A stretch of DNA of 64,000 bases from Macrostomum lignano (taxonomy: Eukaryota): contig NIVC01000412.1 in the NCBI GenBank assembly GCA_002269645.1, positions 372,001 to 436,000 on the forward strand, given 5' to 3'. A program made the position numbers and the translations under genes. Below are positions 11,709 through 24,452 of the stretch, piece by piece. How positions within the stretch are numbered: the stretch's first letter is position 1; the number at the start of each line of letters is the position of its first letter. Under the pieces are notes generated by a model. It worked only from the letters and a program-made list of their open reading frames with translations, had not been told where the DNA came from and ran no database searches.

Positions 11709-13018
11709 TGAGGGTTGTTTGGAAAGTCCGCAATCAAATGTGTCTAATAGTTTAACGGATTGAACAAATGTAATGCTACTCTTCCTGCTTCTCAACGTAG
11801 GCACCCTCGAGACTTATGCACTTGTGCCACCTCTCAGGCAACTTCTCGATGCCGGCAGCATAGAAATTGGCAGGTAACCCCCTGACCCACTGGCTGATAG
11901 CCAATTCCAAAGTCTGTAGGGAGCTGTACTGGCGACCTCAGAGGGTTTTTTCATCTCTCCGAACAGCCAGAAGTCACTGGGTGCAAGGTCCAGCGAGTAG
12001 GGCAGGTGTGGCAACACCTCAAAGCCCAGGTCCGAAATGGCAGCCATTGTTGCCTGGCTGGTGTGCGGCCTGGCATTGTTGTGCTGAAGCAGGATGCCAC
12101 GGCTCAGCTTGCCACGCCGCTGGGCCTTGATGGCTTCACGCAACTTCTGCAGGACTTGGATGTAGTACTCACTGTTTATTGTGGCACCACGAGGAAGCCA
12201 TTCGATGAGCAGAATACCCTCCTTGTCCCAGAAGACAGTGGCCATTTGCTTGCCAGCTGAAGGTGCAGTCAGGGCCTTGACAGGTGTGGGCTCATGGCTG
12301 GCCTTCCACACACTGCTCTGCATCTTGGACTCTGGCTCACTATAATGAAACCAGGATTCATCCCCAGTCACAATCCGGTCCAAAAAGTTGGGATCACTGC
12401 GATATGACTGGAGGAGCTGCTGACACACCTGGACCCACTCTCGCTGCTGCTGGTCAGTCAGAAGTTTTGGGACCCAACGAGCAACAACGCGTGACATACC
12501 AAGCTCAACTGTCAGGATTGAATGAATGGCCATTGATGAGATGCCAGTAATGGTTGACAACTCTCGCACTGTAGCTCGGCGGTCAACATCTAGAGCACAA
12601 TGCACAAGCTCGATGTTTGACCTGTTGACTGTGGTGGCAGGCCGGCCACTCCATGGAAGGTCATCAACTGTCTCCCAGCCGTCTTCAAAACGCTGCACCC
12701 ACTTGTTGACCATTGTTTTTGATGGTGCACATTCGCCATACGTTGCTTGCAACTCGTGAAGAATTTCTGCCTGTCGCTTTCCTTGTTTCCACAAAAACCA
12801 AATGACACTTCGCTTTGATTCTTCGTTATTCAGCATGGTGATGAAATCCGTGTGTGACTAAAAACACTGCAAGAAGGAAATTCCTGGCTCAAACAAGACC
12901 ACTCTTGATTTAAAACATTCAAGGTATGATATTTGTCTATGGTATAAAGTTTCAAGACAAAGTAGTGACTCAAAAAAAGATATGCATGTTTGATCGCGGA
13001 CTTTCCGAACAACCCTTG
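11709..13018 (-). mobile_element. Full-length but defective mariner (DD34D-type) transposon
   Basis: ~30-bp TIRs (T/C)(G/A)AGGGTTGTT(T/C)GGAAAGTCCGC flanked by TA. ORF 12836-11814 has WVPKLL, IVTGDESW, HNNARPH and YSLDLAPSD. A frameshift near 11945 hides the normal C-terminus (...EKLPERWHKCISLEGAYVEK, stop at 11776). Confidence 0.95.
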
Positions 13019-13785
13019 TATTAAAATTGACTATAGCTCTAATGATAAATACATAATGAGCTTATTAAAATATTTTCAAAAGTCAAGTGTTCTGACTTTT
13101 TATTTCTAAAAAAAGTTTAGAAGCAGACTAATGACTTAAACTAGGGGCTAATAAACTCTAACCCACAAAGCCTATATTTGGCTCAGATCTTTTCAAACTT
13201 CACTATAGCAATCCTCATTGTTTATATCTTTTTCAGCTTCCTTCTTTTCTCATATCTTCTAAATTTACAAATGTATTTAGTAGACTATTCTATGGCAAGG
13301 AAGTTAACAAGAAATTATTGATAATAATTTTTCTTTTATATCAAATATTTTGCAATAGACACATTGGCTATTGAAAGAGGAATAGCTAAACTATCACAAA
13401 GATGTTTAATTTTATTAGTGACTAAACTAGTAATCTGTGCCCCCCCCCTCCTTTGAGGAAGCAACAAGGAAAGGAATAATTTTTTAATGAGTTACATGTA
13501 GGTTTTGATCTTAACAGCAAGATCAAATTTAATTACATGAAAAAATAAAAGTACATAACACAATGTTAACACTTGAGCATGCTGGCAATATGTTTACATT
13601 TACAGCAGGCCATTAACTGGTTTGTCAGGCAGCCATTAGTTGCCAAGCTGCGGCCTGCACCTGGCAACCGCAGCCACAACAGCAGCATCAGTAGAAACAA
13701 CAATGCACAATTATATGAAGAGTTTCAATTTGAGCCAACATTAGTTGACGAATTTCTATTTGAAGAGGAACTCTGCGAGACAGAA

Positions 13786-14076
13786 ATGGAAGAAGTGACA
13801 ATTTATTACCAATCAAAGCAGAGTCTGTTCTATCGGAGAGTTTCTCTTGCCATTCAACTGTCTGGCCTGTGCTCAGCTCTACCTGTCCGGGAGCACCGGC
13901 TGCCCAGCGGTGGCGGCAGTCGGGAGTGCTGCTTGCTTGCCGGTCGGGCGGCCTACAGCGCCAGTCAGTTCTATAGGTTGCTGGAGATCGCCATAGGCGC
14001 TTACAATGCCGGCTATGACTGTAGGAGTGGCCGGCGATCCTGCCGAAGCCTTTTGCCCATGGATATTGCGGAAGAG
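13786..14076 (+). CDS. Exon 1 of a divergent GST-fold, tail-anchored protein (GDAP1/metaxin-like); the start could lie further upstream
   Basis: MEEVTIYYQSKQSLFYRRVSLAIQLSGL resembles the GST-N beta1-alpha1 start. The exon ends at a phase-0 GT donor at 14077. Confidence 0.55.
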
Positions 14077-14129
14077 GTTTGTCTGTTTTGTCAGTTAAAA
14101 GCTTGTTGGATGGGAATTCCATGAATCAG

Positions 14130-14640
14130 ATGTTTGTCAGCTTGATTTGTCATATCCGATGTATGTCAGGTAAATTTTTGTCAGATTGGGTGTTTGTCAG
14201 GTGAAGGTTTGTCAGATTTGGTGTTTGTCGGGTCAGGTGAAACTTTGTCAGGTGAAACTGTCAGATTTGGTGTTTGTCAGGTAAAGGCTTGTCAAAATGG
14301 GTGTTTTGCAGATTTGGTGTTTGTCAGGTGAAAGTTTGTCAGATTTGGTGATGTCAGCCAAATTTTTGTCGGATTGGGTATTTGGCAGGCAAAAGTTTGT
14401 CAGATTGGGTGTTTGTCAGGTTAAAGTTTGTGTCAGATTGGTTATTTGTCAGGTGAAAGTTTGTCAGATTGGTTATTTGTCAGGTGAAAGTTTGTGTCAG
14501 ATTGGTTATTTGTCAGGTGAAATTTTGTCAGATTGGTTATTTGTCAGGTGAAAGTTTGTCAGATTGGTTATTTGTCAGGTGAAAGTTTGTGTCAGATTGG
14601 TTATTTGTCAGGTGAAAGTTTGTCAGATTGGGTGTTTATC
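14130..14640. repeat. Intronic ~31-33-bp minisatellite (ttggttatttgtcaggtgaaagtttgtcaga)
   Basis: Tandem units fill the intron of the GST-fold gene. Confidence 0.85.
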
Positions 14641-14718
14641 AGGTTAATTTAAGTAGTTATCGATACATATCAGCGAATTCAACCTACCAATTCCGTCCAC
14701 CCTTGCACTCTCACCCAG

Positions 14719-15138
14719 GTATTGGAGTTGCACACAGTTTTGGCGCGCTTAGAAGCGCGCACACCGGCGCGCGAAGCGGCACGCGCCCTGGCAGCGGCGG
14801 AGGCGCGCCTGCTACTGACCGATCAGGAGCGCCAGAGCTCTGCCGACTGCGGCAGCTTCCTGTTTGGCTCGCGGCCAACCATAGCCGATGTGGACCTTTT
14901 GACCTATTTGAATTTGGCGCCAGATTGGCTCGATGAGGCGCCAGCTCAGAAACGGCGCCATCCGGTGCGCCGATTACCGGCGCGTCTGCGGCGCTACCTG
15001 GCAGAGAATGCGCGCTTAGCGCCGCCCAGAGTCAGCTTGTCGGAGTGGCTAGTGCCAGACGCCAGCACCGTGGTGGCTTACACATCTGCTGCCGCGTTCG
15101 GCCTGTCTCTTGTGTACTTTCTTATTAGACACGTTTGA
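14719..15138 (+). CDS. Exon 2 of the GST-fold protein: GST-C-like helix motif and C-terminal transmembrane anchor
   Basis: Acceptor CACCCAG| in frame with exon 1. FLFGSRPTIADVDLL matches the GST-C N-capping box. Ends with the hydrophobic tail VVAYTSAAAFGLSLVYFLIRHV-stop. GC-rich codon usage. Confidence 0.65.
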   Translation, partial: VLELHTVLARLEARTPAREAARALAAAEARLLLTDQERQSSADCGSFLFGSRPTIADVDLLTYLNLAPDWLDEAPAQKRRHPVRRLPARLRRYLAENARLAPPRVSLSEWLVPDASTVVAYTSAAAFGLSLVYFLIRHV

Positions 15139-15844
15139 CGCCTGCTTGGAATTAGGGGCTGCTGGTTCGAAGCTTTATATTGTTGGGAACTCTTGCTACA
15201 GTGCTACTTTCACCCGCTTGAAACTTCAGAGAGGCTCTTTTAAAGGGAAGCACCGCTTTAGTTAAGTAAAAACCAGCTGTCATTTTACTGATTGAATGAA
15301 GTCAAGGATGCGCGAGATTTAAGAAACATATTAATCGATTATGCATTAATCATTGCACTTAGCACTTTCGTTTGACTGGCATGTACTACTGTTTCTGTTG
15401 ATAATATAGTGGTACTTTTAGTCTTAAAATGTCACTTTTTATCTCCTAACTTTGTGGAGTTACTCCACATCTTTGTAAACTGTGAACCATCGACGAGTCA
15501 CTTGAAAAGTTGCTGTTGAAGTTGCAGTTGTTTATTTTCGATTTCGCTTGCGTTTTTTGGTTTCTCTACTTTAAGTAGCTGGTTTTGGCGTTGGATTTTT
15601 CGGTTGTCGGATATTTTTATGTATGTCTATTGTGATAAATATAGTATGTTAATGCTAATTAGCACTCATTGCACACGAGAAACATTATTTTCAATGTTTA
15701 TTAGTATGTTTATACTCTAGCGTTTGAACATTGAACCTAAATTCCACGACTTTTCAGTCATCGCTAATTATGCATCCACTAAATCAGCCAGTAGTCTAGA
15801 ATCTAGGCTCTGCGTCTAGGTCCACAGACACTTCTGCCCCATCC

Positions 15845-16232
15845 TTAATGTACACTCTCTCTCATCCAACACCGCAAGTATCTCTACCCCTAATGTACAC
15901 TTGCCCTCATCCAACACCCCGAGTATCTCTACCCCTAATGTACACTTGCTCTCATCCAACCCCCAAAACATCTCTACCCCTAATGTACACTCGCTCTCAT
16001 CCAACACCCCGAGTATCTCTACCCCTAATGTACACTTGCTCTCATCCAACACCCCTAAGTATCTCTACCCCTAATGTACACTTGCTCTCATCCAACACCC
16101 CTAAGTATCTCTACCCCTAATGTACACTCTCTCTCATCCAACACCCCACAAGTATCTCTACCCCTAATGTACACTTGCTTTCATCCAACCCCACAAGTAT
16201 CTCTATCCCTAATGTACACTTACTCTCACCCG
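15845..16232. repeat. ~45-bp minisatellite (tctctacccctaatgtacacttgctctcatccaacaccc...)
   Basis: About 8-9 visible tandem units. Confidence 0.9.
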
Positions 16233-17049
16233 CATTGAAAGCTAGCGTATATTATTAATTTACTCGTAGTTTACTTCGCTTCTTCTGCCTTAGCTGCTGC
16301 TGACTATTCTGCAACCAGCAATCGAGTCTGCGTGCTATATTTTATTTTGCCGTTTAAATCCCATAAAGCCTTAGCAAGTTCCTGAGAGTCGCTTTGATTT
16401 TGTCATTCATCCGTACAATCTTGTCGTTTACCGTTTCATTTTTAAGCAAAGTCGTCTTGTCGTCGATGTCAAAATTAACCACTTTTTTGTAACTTTTATT
16501 TCTTTTTAGGTCTTTCTGTATTTGCTGGACAAGCCTTTTTTCCTATCTCTTAACTACTGACAAATAGTAGTATGCGTCGGATATTGGCTAAAGAATTTTT
16601 TACTATTTTGTTAAAAATATATACTTTAGCCTTTGAGAAGGAACTCGGCTCTGTGAGACTGCTTTAAATTTCTGTAATTGTTTTTTTAGCACAGTTATGT
16701 TTTGTTTTTATCTACCAAAGCTAATTCGGGTTATAAGTAGCGTGAATTTGTCTGTAGCTAAGTCTATTCTAGTTTTTCTATGCTACTAATTGTGAGATTA
16801 AAAGGGTGTCTTGTGGTGAGTTAGACCTCATGGTGTATTAGAGATAATAGAGATTTTTTGAGATAGAGATAATCTGAAACCAGTGTGAGATTAGATCTGG
16901 TAGAGTGAGACCAAATGTAAGATGTGTTATAAAGAGGCCCACTGTGAGACTAGATGTGTTCGAGTAGGACTGAATGTGAGATTTTAGATTTAGATTTAGA
17001 ACCCTGATTTAGCTTCAGGACTTGATATTTGTTATAGTGACATCCACTT

Positions 17050-18240
17050 TGAGATTAGTTGTGCTAGAGTAAGGCTCACTGTGAGATTAGATGTGTTAGA
17101 TTGAGACTCACTGTGAGATTAGATGTGTTAGATTGAGACTCACTGTGAGATTAGATGTGTTAGAGTGAGACTCACTGTGAGATTAGATGTGTTAGATTGA
17201 GACTCACTGTGAGATTAGATGTGTTAGATTGAGACTCACTGTGAGATTAGATGTGTTAGAGTGAGACTCACTGTGAGATTAGATGTGTTAGAGTGAGACT
17301 CACTGTGAGATTAGATATGTATGAATGGGACTCACTGTGAGGTTAGATGTGTTAAAGTAAGACTCACTGAGATTCGATGTGTTACAGTGAGATTCACTGT
17401 AAGATTAGCTCTGTTAGAGTGAGACTCACTGTGAGATTAGCTGTGTTAGATTGAGACTAACTGTGAGATTAGCTGTGTTAGATTGAGACTAACTGTGAGA
17501 TTAGCTGTGTTAGATTGAGACTCACTGAGGGATTAGATATGTTTAGTGTGAGACTCGCTGTGAGGTTAGATGTGTTAGAGTGAGACTCAGTGTGAGCTTA
17601 GATGTTTTAGATTGAGACTCACTGTGAGATTAGATGTGTATGAATGGGACTCACTGAGATTAGATGTGTTAGAGTGAGACTCACTGAGATTAGATGTGTT
17701 AGAGTGAGACTCACTGTGAGATTAGATATGTATGAATGGGACTCACTGTGAGGTTAGATGTGTTAGAGTGAGACTCACTGTGAGATTAGATATGTATGAA
17801 TGGGACTCACTGTGAGGTTAGATGTGTTAAAGTAAGACTCACTGAGATTCGATGTGTTACAGTGAGATTCACTGTAAGATTAGCTCTGTTAGAGTGAGAC
17901 TCACTGTGAGATTAGCTGTGTTAGATTGAGACTAACTGTGAGATTAGCTGTGTTAGATTGAGACTAACTGTGAGATTAGCTGTGTTAGATTGAGACTCAC
18001 TGAGGGATTAGATATGTTTAGTGTGAGACTCGCTGTGAGGTTAGATGTGTTAGAGTGAGACTCAGTGTGAGCTTAGATGTTTTAGATTGAGACTCACTGT
18101 GAGATTAGATGTGTATGAATGGGACTCACTGAGATTAGATGTGTTAGAGTGAGACTCACTGAGATTAGATGTGTTAGAGTGAGACTCACTGTGAGATTAT
18201 ATGTGTTAGAGTGAGACTCACTGAGATTAGATGTGTTACA
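17050..18240. repeat. 32-bp minisatellite (gagactcactgtgagattagatgtgttagatt) with a ~480-bp higher-order duplication
   Basis: Tandem units. A block of variant units starting near 17321 recurs near 17799. Confidence 0.9.
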
Positions 18241-18889
18241 GTAAGACCCGACCACTGCATGCGGGATCTGAGAGATAAGATGCAATGATATGAGACCAAG
18301 ACGAAAGTGTTGCAGCCTAATCTAAATGAAAAATTACATACTAGAATAAATATAGAATAGTATATGATAGTGTCGCACATGAGCTCGGGTGCTTCCACGG
18401 TGAGTCCAAGGCAAGGCACAAAACAGCAGTAACTCTGGCTCCGGTGAGCTCATTGAACCGCCGGCTCAAGATTGTAGGCGGACTTGGGTGTCCTGCTGCC
18501 TCTCGTGCTTCAGTGCAGCTGTATTCTATACTGCTGATCACTCTCATTCAGCTGCGGCCTGGCAACCACCCCCTGCCCCCCCCCCCCTGGTTCCCCCTTC
18601 TAATGTTTCGCTTAAATTGCAAGTTCACTCAGCAAGGCTATAGAATTTTATTCTAATTTCTTCCTGGCTATATCGCTTAGTTAAGGTTGGCTATTGGCTG
18701 ACTCAATGCTCTGTGTGTTATTATACTTATACTATAGATTCTCGAAACTTCCAATGCTGTATTTTAGTTGCATTTTCATTTTCGGGCCTTTTGAAAAGTT
18801 GTATTTTAAAGTAATTATCATTTTTATCCTTATCCTTATCTTCTTATCTTTCGTTCGCTTTTAATCTTTCTTTAAAGAATTCTCTAATT

Positions 18890-19680
18890 CTCCCTTAATC
18901 CCTTTTCACTCTCCCTTAATCCTTCTGCACTCCCTTAATCCTTCTTCACTCTCCCGTAATCCTTCTGCACTCCCTTAATCCTTTTTCACTCTCCCTTAAT
19001 CCTTCTTCACTCTCCCTTAATCCTTCTTCACTCTCCCTTAATCCTTCTGCACTCCCTTAATCCTTCTTCATCCTCCCTTAATCCTTCTTCATCCTCCCTT
19101 AATCCTTCTTCACTCTCCCTTAATCCTTCTGCACTCTCCCTTAATCCTTCTGCACTCTCCCTTAATCCTTCTTCACTCTCCCTTAATCCTTCTTCACTCT
19201 CCCTTAATCCTTCTTCACTCTCCCTTAATCCTTCTTCACTCTCCCTTAATCCTTCTTCACTCTCCCTTAATCCTTCTTCACTCTCCCTTAATCCTTCTTC
19301 ACTCTCCATTAATCCTTCTTCACTCTCCATTAATCCTTCTTCACTCTCCATTAATCCTTCTGCACTCCCTTGATCCTTCTTCACTCTCCATTAATCCTTC
19401 TTCATCCTCCCTTAATCCTTCTTCATCCTCCCTTAATCCTTCTGCACTCCCTTAATCCTTCTTCATCCTCCCTTAATCCTTCTGCACTCCCTTAATCCTT
19501 CTTCATCCTCCCTTAATCCTTCTGCACTCCCTTAATCCTTCTGCACTCCCTTAATCCTTCTAAGTTTCTCTTAATCCTTCTTCACTCTCCCTTAATCCTT
19601 CTTCACTCTCCCTTAATCCTTCTGCACTCTCCCTTAATCCTAAGTTTCCCTCAATCCTACTTCATTCTCCCTAAACCCTC
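18890..19680. repeat. 21-bp pyrimidine-rich minisatellite (cttaatccttcttcactctcc)
   Basis: Tandem units; source of the spurious EEGLRES ORF. Confidence 0.9.
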
Positions 19681-20019
19681 AAGGTTGCCACTTACTTAAT
19701 TCGAAACGTTTCTAAAAGTACATTTGAATACTTAGCGCGTATTGGTTTTTTAAAACTTTCTTTATAGCAGATCTTGCGAAGATATTAGTTACAGTTTGAC
19801 TTAATATAACTCGAGGCAATGCAGATGAAATTTATAAAATTTCCACGTGCTGAATTTCTTTGCACAGCTTGAAGCAACGACTGGCTGGCCTTGCAGTGAG
19901 AGTTCGGGGTACCCTGTGCACAGCTGTTTCACTTTGCAATGCTAGCCAGTGAGTGTATGCATGTATGAATGTAAATTGTCGGATATATTGCCACTCTAGG
20001 GACCGGATTGCCTTAACGA

Positions 20020-20780
20020 TATGACTTTATTGAAGGTTTTTGGCGATTCTCAAGGTAGTTTAGTGGCGATTCTCTGGGTAGTTTAGTGTCGATTCTCACA
20101 GTAGTTTATTGTGGATTCTCAGGGTAGTTTAGTGTCGATTCTCACAGTAGTTTATTGACGATTCTCAGGGTAGTTTAGTGTCGATTCTCACAGTAGTTTA
20201 GTGGCGATTCTCAGGGTAGTTTATTGGCGATTCTCAGGGTATTTTATTGTCGATTCTCAGGGTAGCTTATGGGCAAATCTTAGGGTATTTTATTGTCGGT
20301 TCTCAGGGTAGTTTAGTGGCGATTCTCACGGTAGTTAAGTGGCGATTCTCTGAGTAGTTTATTGCCGATTCTCAAGGTAGTTTAGTGGCGATTCTCACGG
20401 TAGTTTTTAGTGGCGATTCTCACAATAGTTTATTGGCGATTTTCAGGATAGTTTATTAGCGATTCTCAGGGTAGTTTATTGGCAATTCTCAGGGTAGCTT
20501 ATTAGCAATTCTCAGGGTAGTTTATAGGCAAATCTCAGGGTAGTTTATTTGCGATTCTCAGGGTAGTTTATTGTGGATTCTTAGGGTAGTTTAGTGGCGA
20601 TTCTCAGTGTAGTTTATTGACAATTCTCAGGGTAGTTTATTGTCGATTCTCAGGGTAGTTTATTGACGATTCTCAGGGTAGTTTATTGTGGATTCTCAGG
20701 GAAGTTTATTGACGATTCTCAGGGTAGTTTAGTGGCGATTCTCAGGGTAGTTTATTGTGGATTCTTAGGGTAGTTTATCT
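20020..20780. repeat. 23-bp minisatellite (gattctcagggtagtttattggc)
   Basis: Tandem units visible. Confidence 0.9.
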
Positions 20781-21617
20781 GCAGTATCTAGATGAAGTTT
20801 ATAGAGTTGGTAGACATGAAATAGTTACTCCGAACTCAGAAGTTATCATAGATTTCAGCGGACAAGATGCAGATTGTGGAATTATTGAGAAGCAGGCAGG
20901 CTACTAAGTTGCGCCCCCTTTGGAGGTATAGAAATACGTTCTCTAAAATTTATTGTATGCCCCACTCGCACCCAATACACATGTACATGGTGCGCACAAT
21001 TTAAACATTTCTTTCAAGTCTCGCACTTGCGGTGGCAGCCTAACAGCGGCACAATGACTCGACGTGACGGCTTCGGTAGTAAAATGGACCAGCTCTGACT
21101 GTCTCTCTGAGAGAAGAGAAGACAGTTGAACAGAATGGAAGCATGAATGCACAGCTGCAATGCTGCGACACCTCTGATTGGCTGAGAGCTGAGTTCGAGT
21201 GCAGGGGTTGGCGAACCCTTCTCTGGCTGCGGAGCTGCACAAAAACTTGAGCTGTCTAACTGAGAGCTCAACTTTCCTGTCCAAGAAGCACTCTCGGCTG
21301 ATTAGAAATCTAATTCTAGATATAACAGGTAAGTTCGCTGTTTTTATAGGTTTGAGCTGTCTTGTCGTCTCAACTGAGACTTGTGATCCCTAATGTACAT
21401 GTATTGTTTCGGCAGTCAGTGTAATAGTGCTAATCTCTGATCCTGTATCCACTCCAATTGTCTCATTTTCATGTCATCACCAAATCCCAAGCTCTGTGGG
21501 TCGCTATGTGATCCAGCTCACCAACTCACTGTATCTCTCCTCCATCTCACACCTTCCTCCCATCTCACCCTCTCCCTATCTCACACCCTCTCACCCATCT
21601 CACACCTTCCTCCCATC

Positions 21618-23137
21618 CAGTGTTGCCACCACTGCGATTTTTTATCGCTCAGTGATAATTTCGTCTATTTTGCTTACTTTTCTGCGATTTTTCGTGGACA
21701 CCAGTCCTTTCAACTTTTTTTCAAGTACTGTGTTTCATTTTGTGCTCAATTTAAGTTTCATGAATGTCATCAATATAGCGTGAGGCTGTGCAAGCCTCCG
21801 GTTTTGAAGCTCGGCAAAAGGAGATTGAGCATGCTGCAGTCGAGCGATCACTGAAGAAAGCTGCTGACAAAACGGCTCGGCGAAAGACAGCCGGAGTTCA
21901 GCGCTCGATCTGTCCTGCCAAAGGTTCCAAAGAAAAAATGAACATCCACTGAAGAGCCTGCAGTTTTGCCTGACTAACGTTTGACTAGCCAAACAAAGAT
22001 TCACGTAAAAGTATTTCTTCCCCTACAGTAACCGACATTGATCAACAATTAAAATATTCTTTCAATATTCAATTAAAGAATTCATTTCAGCTATATAGAA
22101 TTGAGAACAGATTCAGACAACTGGAATATAGCACAAAATTTAGTTGTAAAATTTTTATTTACTCATCAGCGGTCATAGGTAGCGTCTTGTGTTTTAGTTG
22201 GTTGCTCGGGTCGGTTCCATAATGAACATCAGTATTCTATATTATACACTCAGCAACAGTCACAACCGCCACCCTACCGAGAGAGGCGACTTCTCTCTCA
22301 CCTCAACTGCAAGTGACGTAACTTGCGCCACGGCGTGGCTAAAGCTGGGTGTGAGTGAATGCAGGAGAAGGCAATCAGGGGATGCAGGGGATGCCCCATC
22401 TGCTTCTTTCACCCCACATTAGACGGAGCAGGGTGGCTGGCGCGGTCGGAGTTCGCCTGACAATCCGCAGCAGACGTCGATTTGCCCTGGCTGTTGAGCC
22501 GCGGAGATCATGGCGCTGGCTACCTGTGGCTGCGTGCTGAACACTACCAGTATCTTGGGACTTTGTTAACAGCACTCGAATTGTTGAACGTGATCGGCCA
22601 AATCGGCGAGCAACTGCGCTGATGGATGCACCAGCTTCTAGCATGCCAACAGCACAGCGCGCCATCGTTCAGCGTCTGTCATATGCCTGACCATTGTCAC
22701 GTGTACTGTTGTACCCCCAACCCCAACCCCAGTCCCTTTTGTACTCTCACCCTGGAATTCACTCTCACCCAGCTTTAGCCACGCCGTGGCGCAAGTTACG
22801 TCACTTGCAGTTGAGGTGAGAAAGAAGTCGCCTCTCTCGGTGGGGTGGCGGTTTCGACTGTTGCTGAGTGTATGTATGCCTGTCTTCCCTTAAGAAAATG
22901 CTTGTGTTGTATGACTACTTCACTGATTCGGCGTAAATAAGAGTTGAATGCAGTTATTGCACATTGTAGTAGTTTTTTTAGTCAAATAGAAGATGGAATT
23001 AGAAATGGAAAGCTAAAAAAGAAAGTTGTTTTCGCATACTGGCGCCTTTTTTCGCATACTGACAAATAAGAAATTTGTTCCTGCAATTTTTTTCTTATCC
23101 TGCGATAATTTCTTTGGTTGCTGTAATGGCAACACTG
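21618..23137. mobile_element. Non-autonomous hAT-type element, copy 2 (inverted relative to copy 1), inserted in a cccatctcacacc repeat
   Basis: Termini CAGTGTTGCCA...TGGCAACACTG; colinear reverse-complement of 3622-5422 minus the 265-bp MITE. Only CATC is duplicated at the flanks. Confidence 0.85.
22247..22870 (-). mobile_element. Internally deleted Tc1-family element nested in hAT copy 2
   Basis: TA-CACTCAGCAACAG...CTGTTGCTGAGTG-TA. HTH fragment VGMLEAGASISAVARRFGRSRSTIRVLL...ANRRLLRIVRRTP. Confidence 0.9.
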
Positions 23138-23807
23138 CATCTCACCCTCTTCCTATCTCACACCCTTCTCCCATCTCACACCTTCCTCCCATCTCACCCT
23201 CTCCCTATCTCACACCCTCTCACCCATTTCACACCCTTCACCCATCTCACACCCTTCACCCATTTAACACCCTCCTCCCATCTTACACCCTCTCCCCCAT
23301 CTCACCCCTCCTTCATCTCGTTCCCTTCTCCTCCAGCTATATTCGTTTCCCCCTTTCTCCCCCGACTGACCTGCCATAATTAAATTTCTTTTATCCTTTT
23401 CGTTCCGACTGTTAATCTGATAGCAGCTCTTTCAGCATATTTCAAACCAGTCAGAAATTTAATAATTCAGCACCTCGCCCAAGTCAGTAATCCCCACAGC
23501 TGGGAGAACGGCTGCAAAATAGAAATCATAAATCAATAATTGCTGTGCAGCTCCTAATGCCGAAATTGCAATAAATCTATGAACCATTTTTCGAGGCTGG
23601 GTTAGACATACAAAATCTAAATCTGGTACATTATTTACAGCCGAGTGCATGTTTAAAGCAGATAAGTGCTCCGCCATACCATCCTGGGATTTTATAATTA
23701 TTGAGTCAAATTTCACCTTCCTTCCTAATTAGAGTTTGTCCGATACCTCACCACTTGTGTTGCTGTGGGTTTATGTTGAACACGATTTCAACTGGGGCTG
23801 GTGGGCT

Positions 23808-23838
<31 letters not shown>

Positions 23839-23842
23839 AAGC

Positions 23843-23917
<75 letters not shown>

Positions 23918-24123
23918 TAGACAGACAGACAGACATACAGACACTAAGACAGACAGACACTAAGACAGACATACAGACAGTCACTAAGACATACAGACAG
24001 TCACTAAGACAGAGAGACAGAGAGACAGACAGACAGACAGGCAGACAGAGAGACAGACACTCAGACAGACATAAAAGACAGTCACTAAGACAGACAGAAA
24101 GGCAGGCAGACAGACAGTCACTA

Positions 24124-24200
<77 letters not shown>

Positions 24201-24211
24201 TACAGACACTA

Positions 24212-24249
<38 letters not shown>

Positions 24250-24315
24250 GCACTAAGACAGACATACAGACAGTCACTAAGACAGACAGACAGGCAGGCA
24301 GACAGACAGTCACTA

Positions 24316-24400
<85 letters not shown>

Positions 24401-24418
24401 TTCATACAGACACTAAGA

Positions 24419-24452
<34 letters not shown>

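Noticed and set aside
16330-16700. Minus-strand peptide IVRMNDKIKATLRNL, faintly integrase-like
   Set aside because: Too short and surrounded by stops; no other retroelement motifs.
21199-21334. Exon-like segment ending in CAG|GTAAG, phase-compatible with the PAPSS acceptor
   Set aside because: No in-frame ATG and no recognisable protein. It could be a non-coding exon, but this cannot be supported from sequence alone.
3622-23137. A 19.5-kb macro-transposon bounded by the two inverted hAT copies
   Set aside because: Copy 1 has its own intact 8-bp TSD and the outer flanks do not match, so these are independent insertions.
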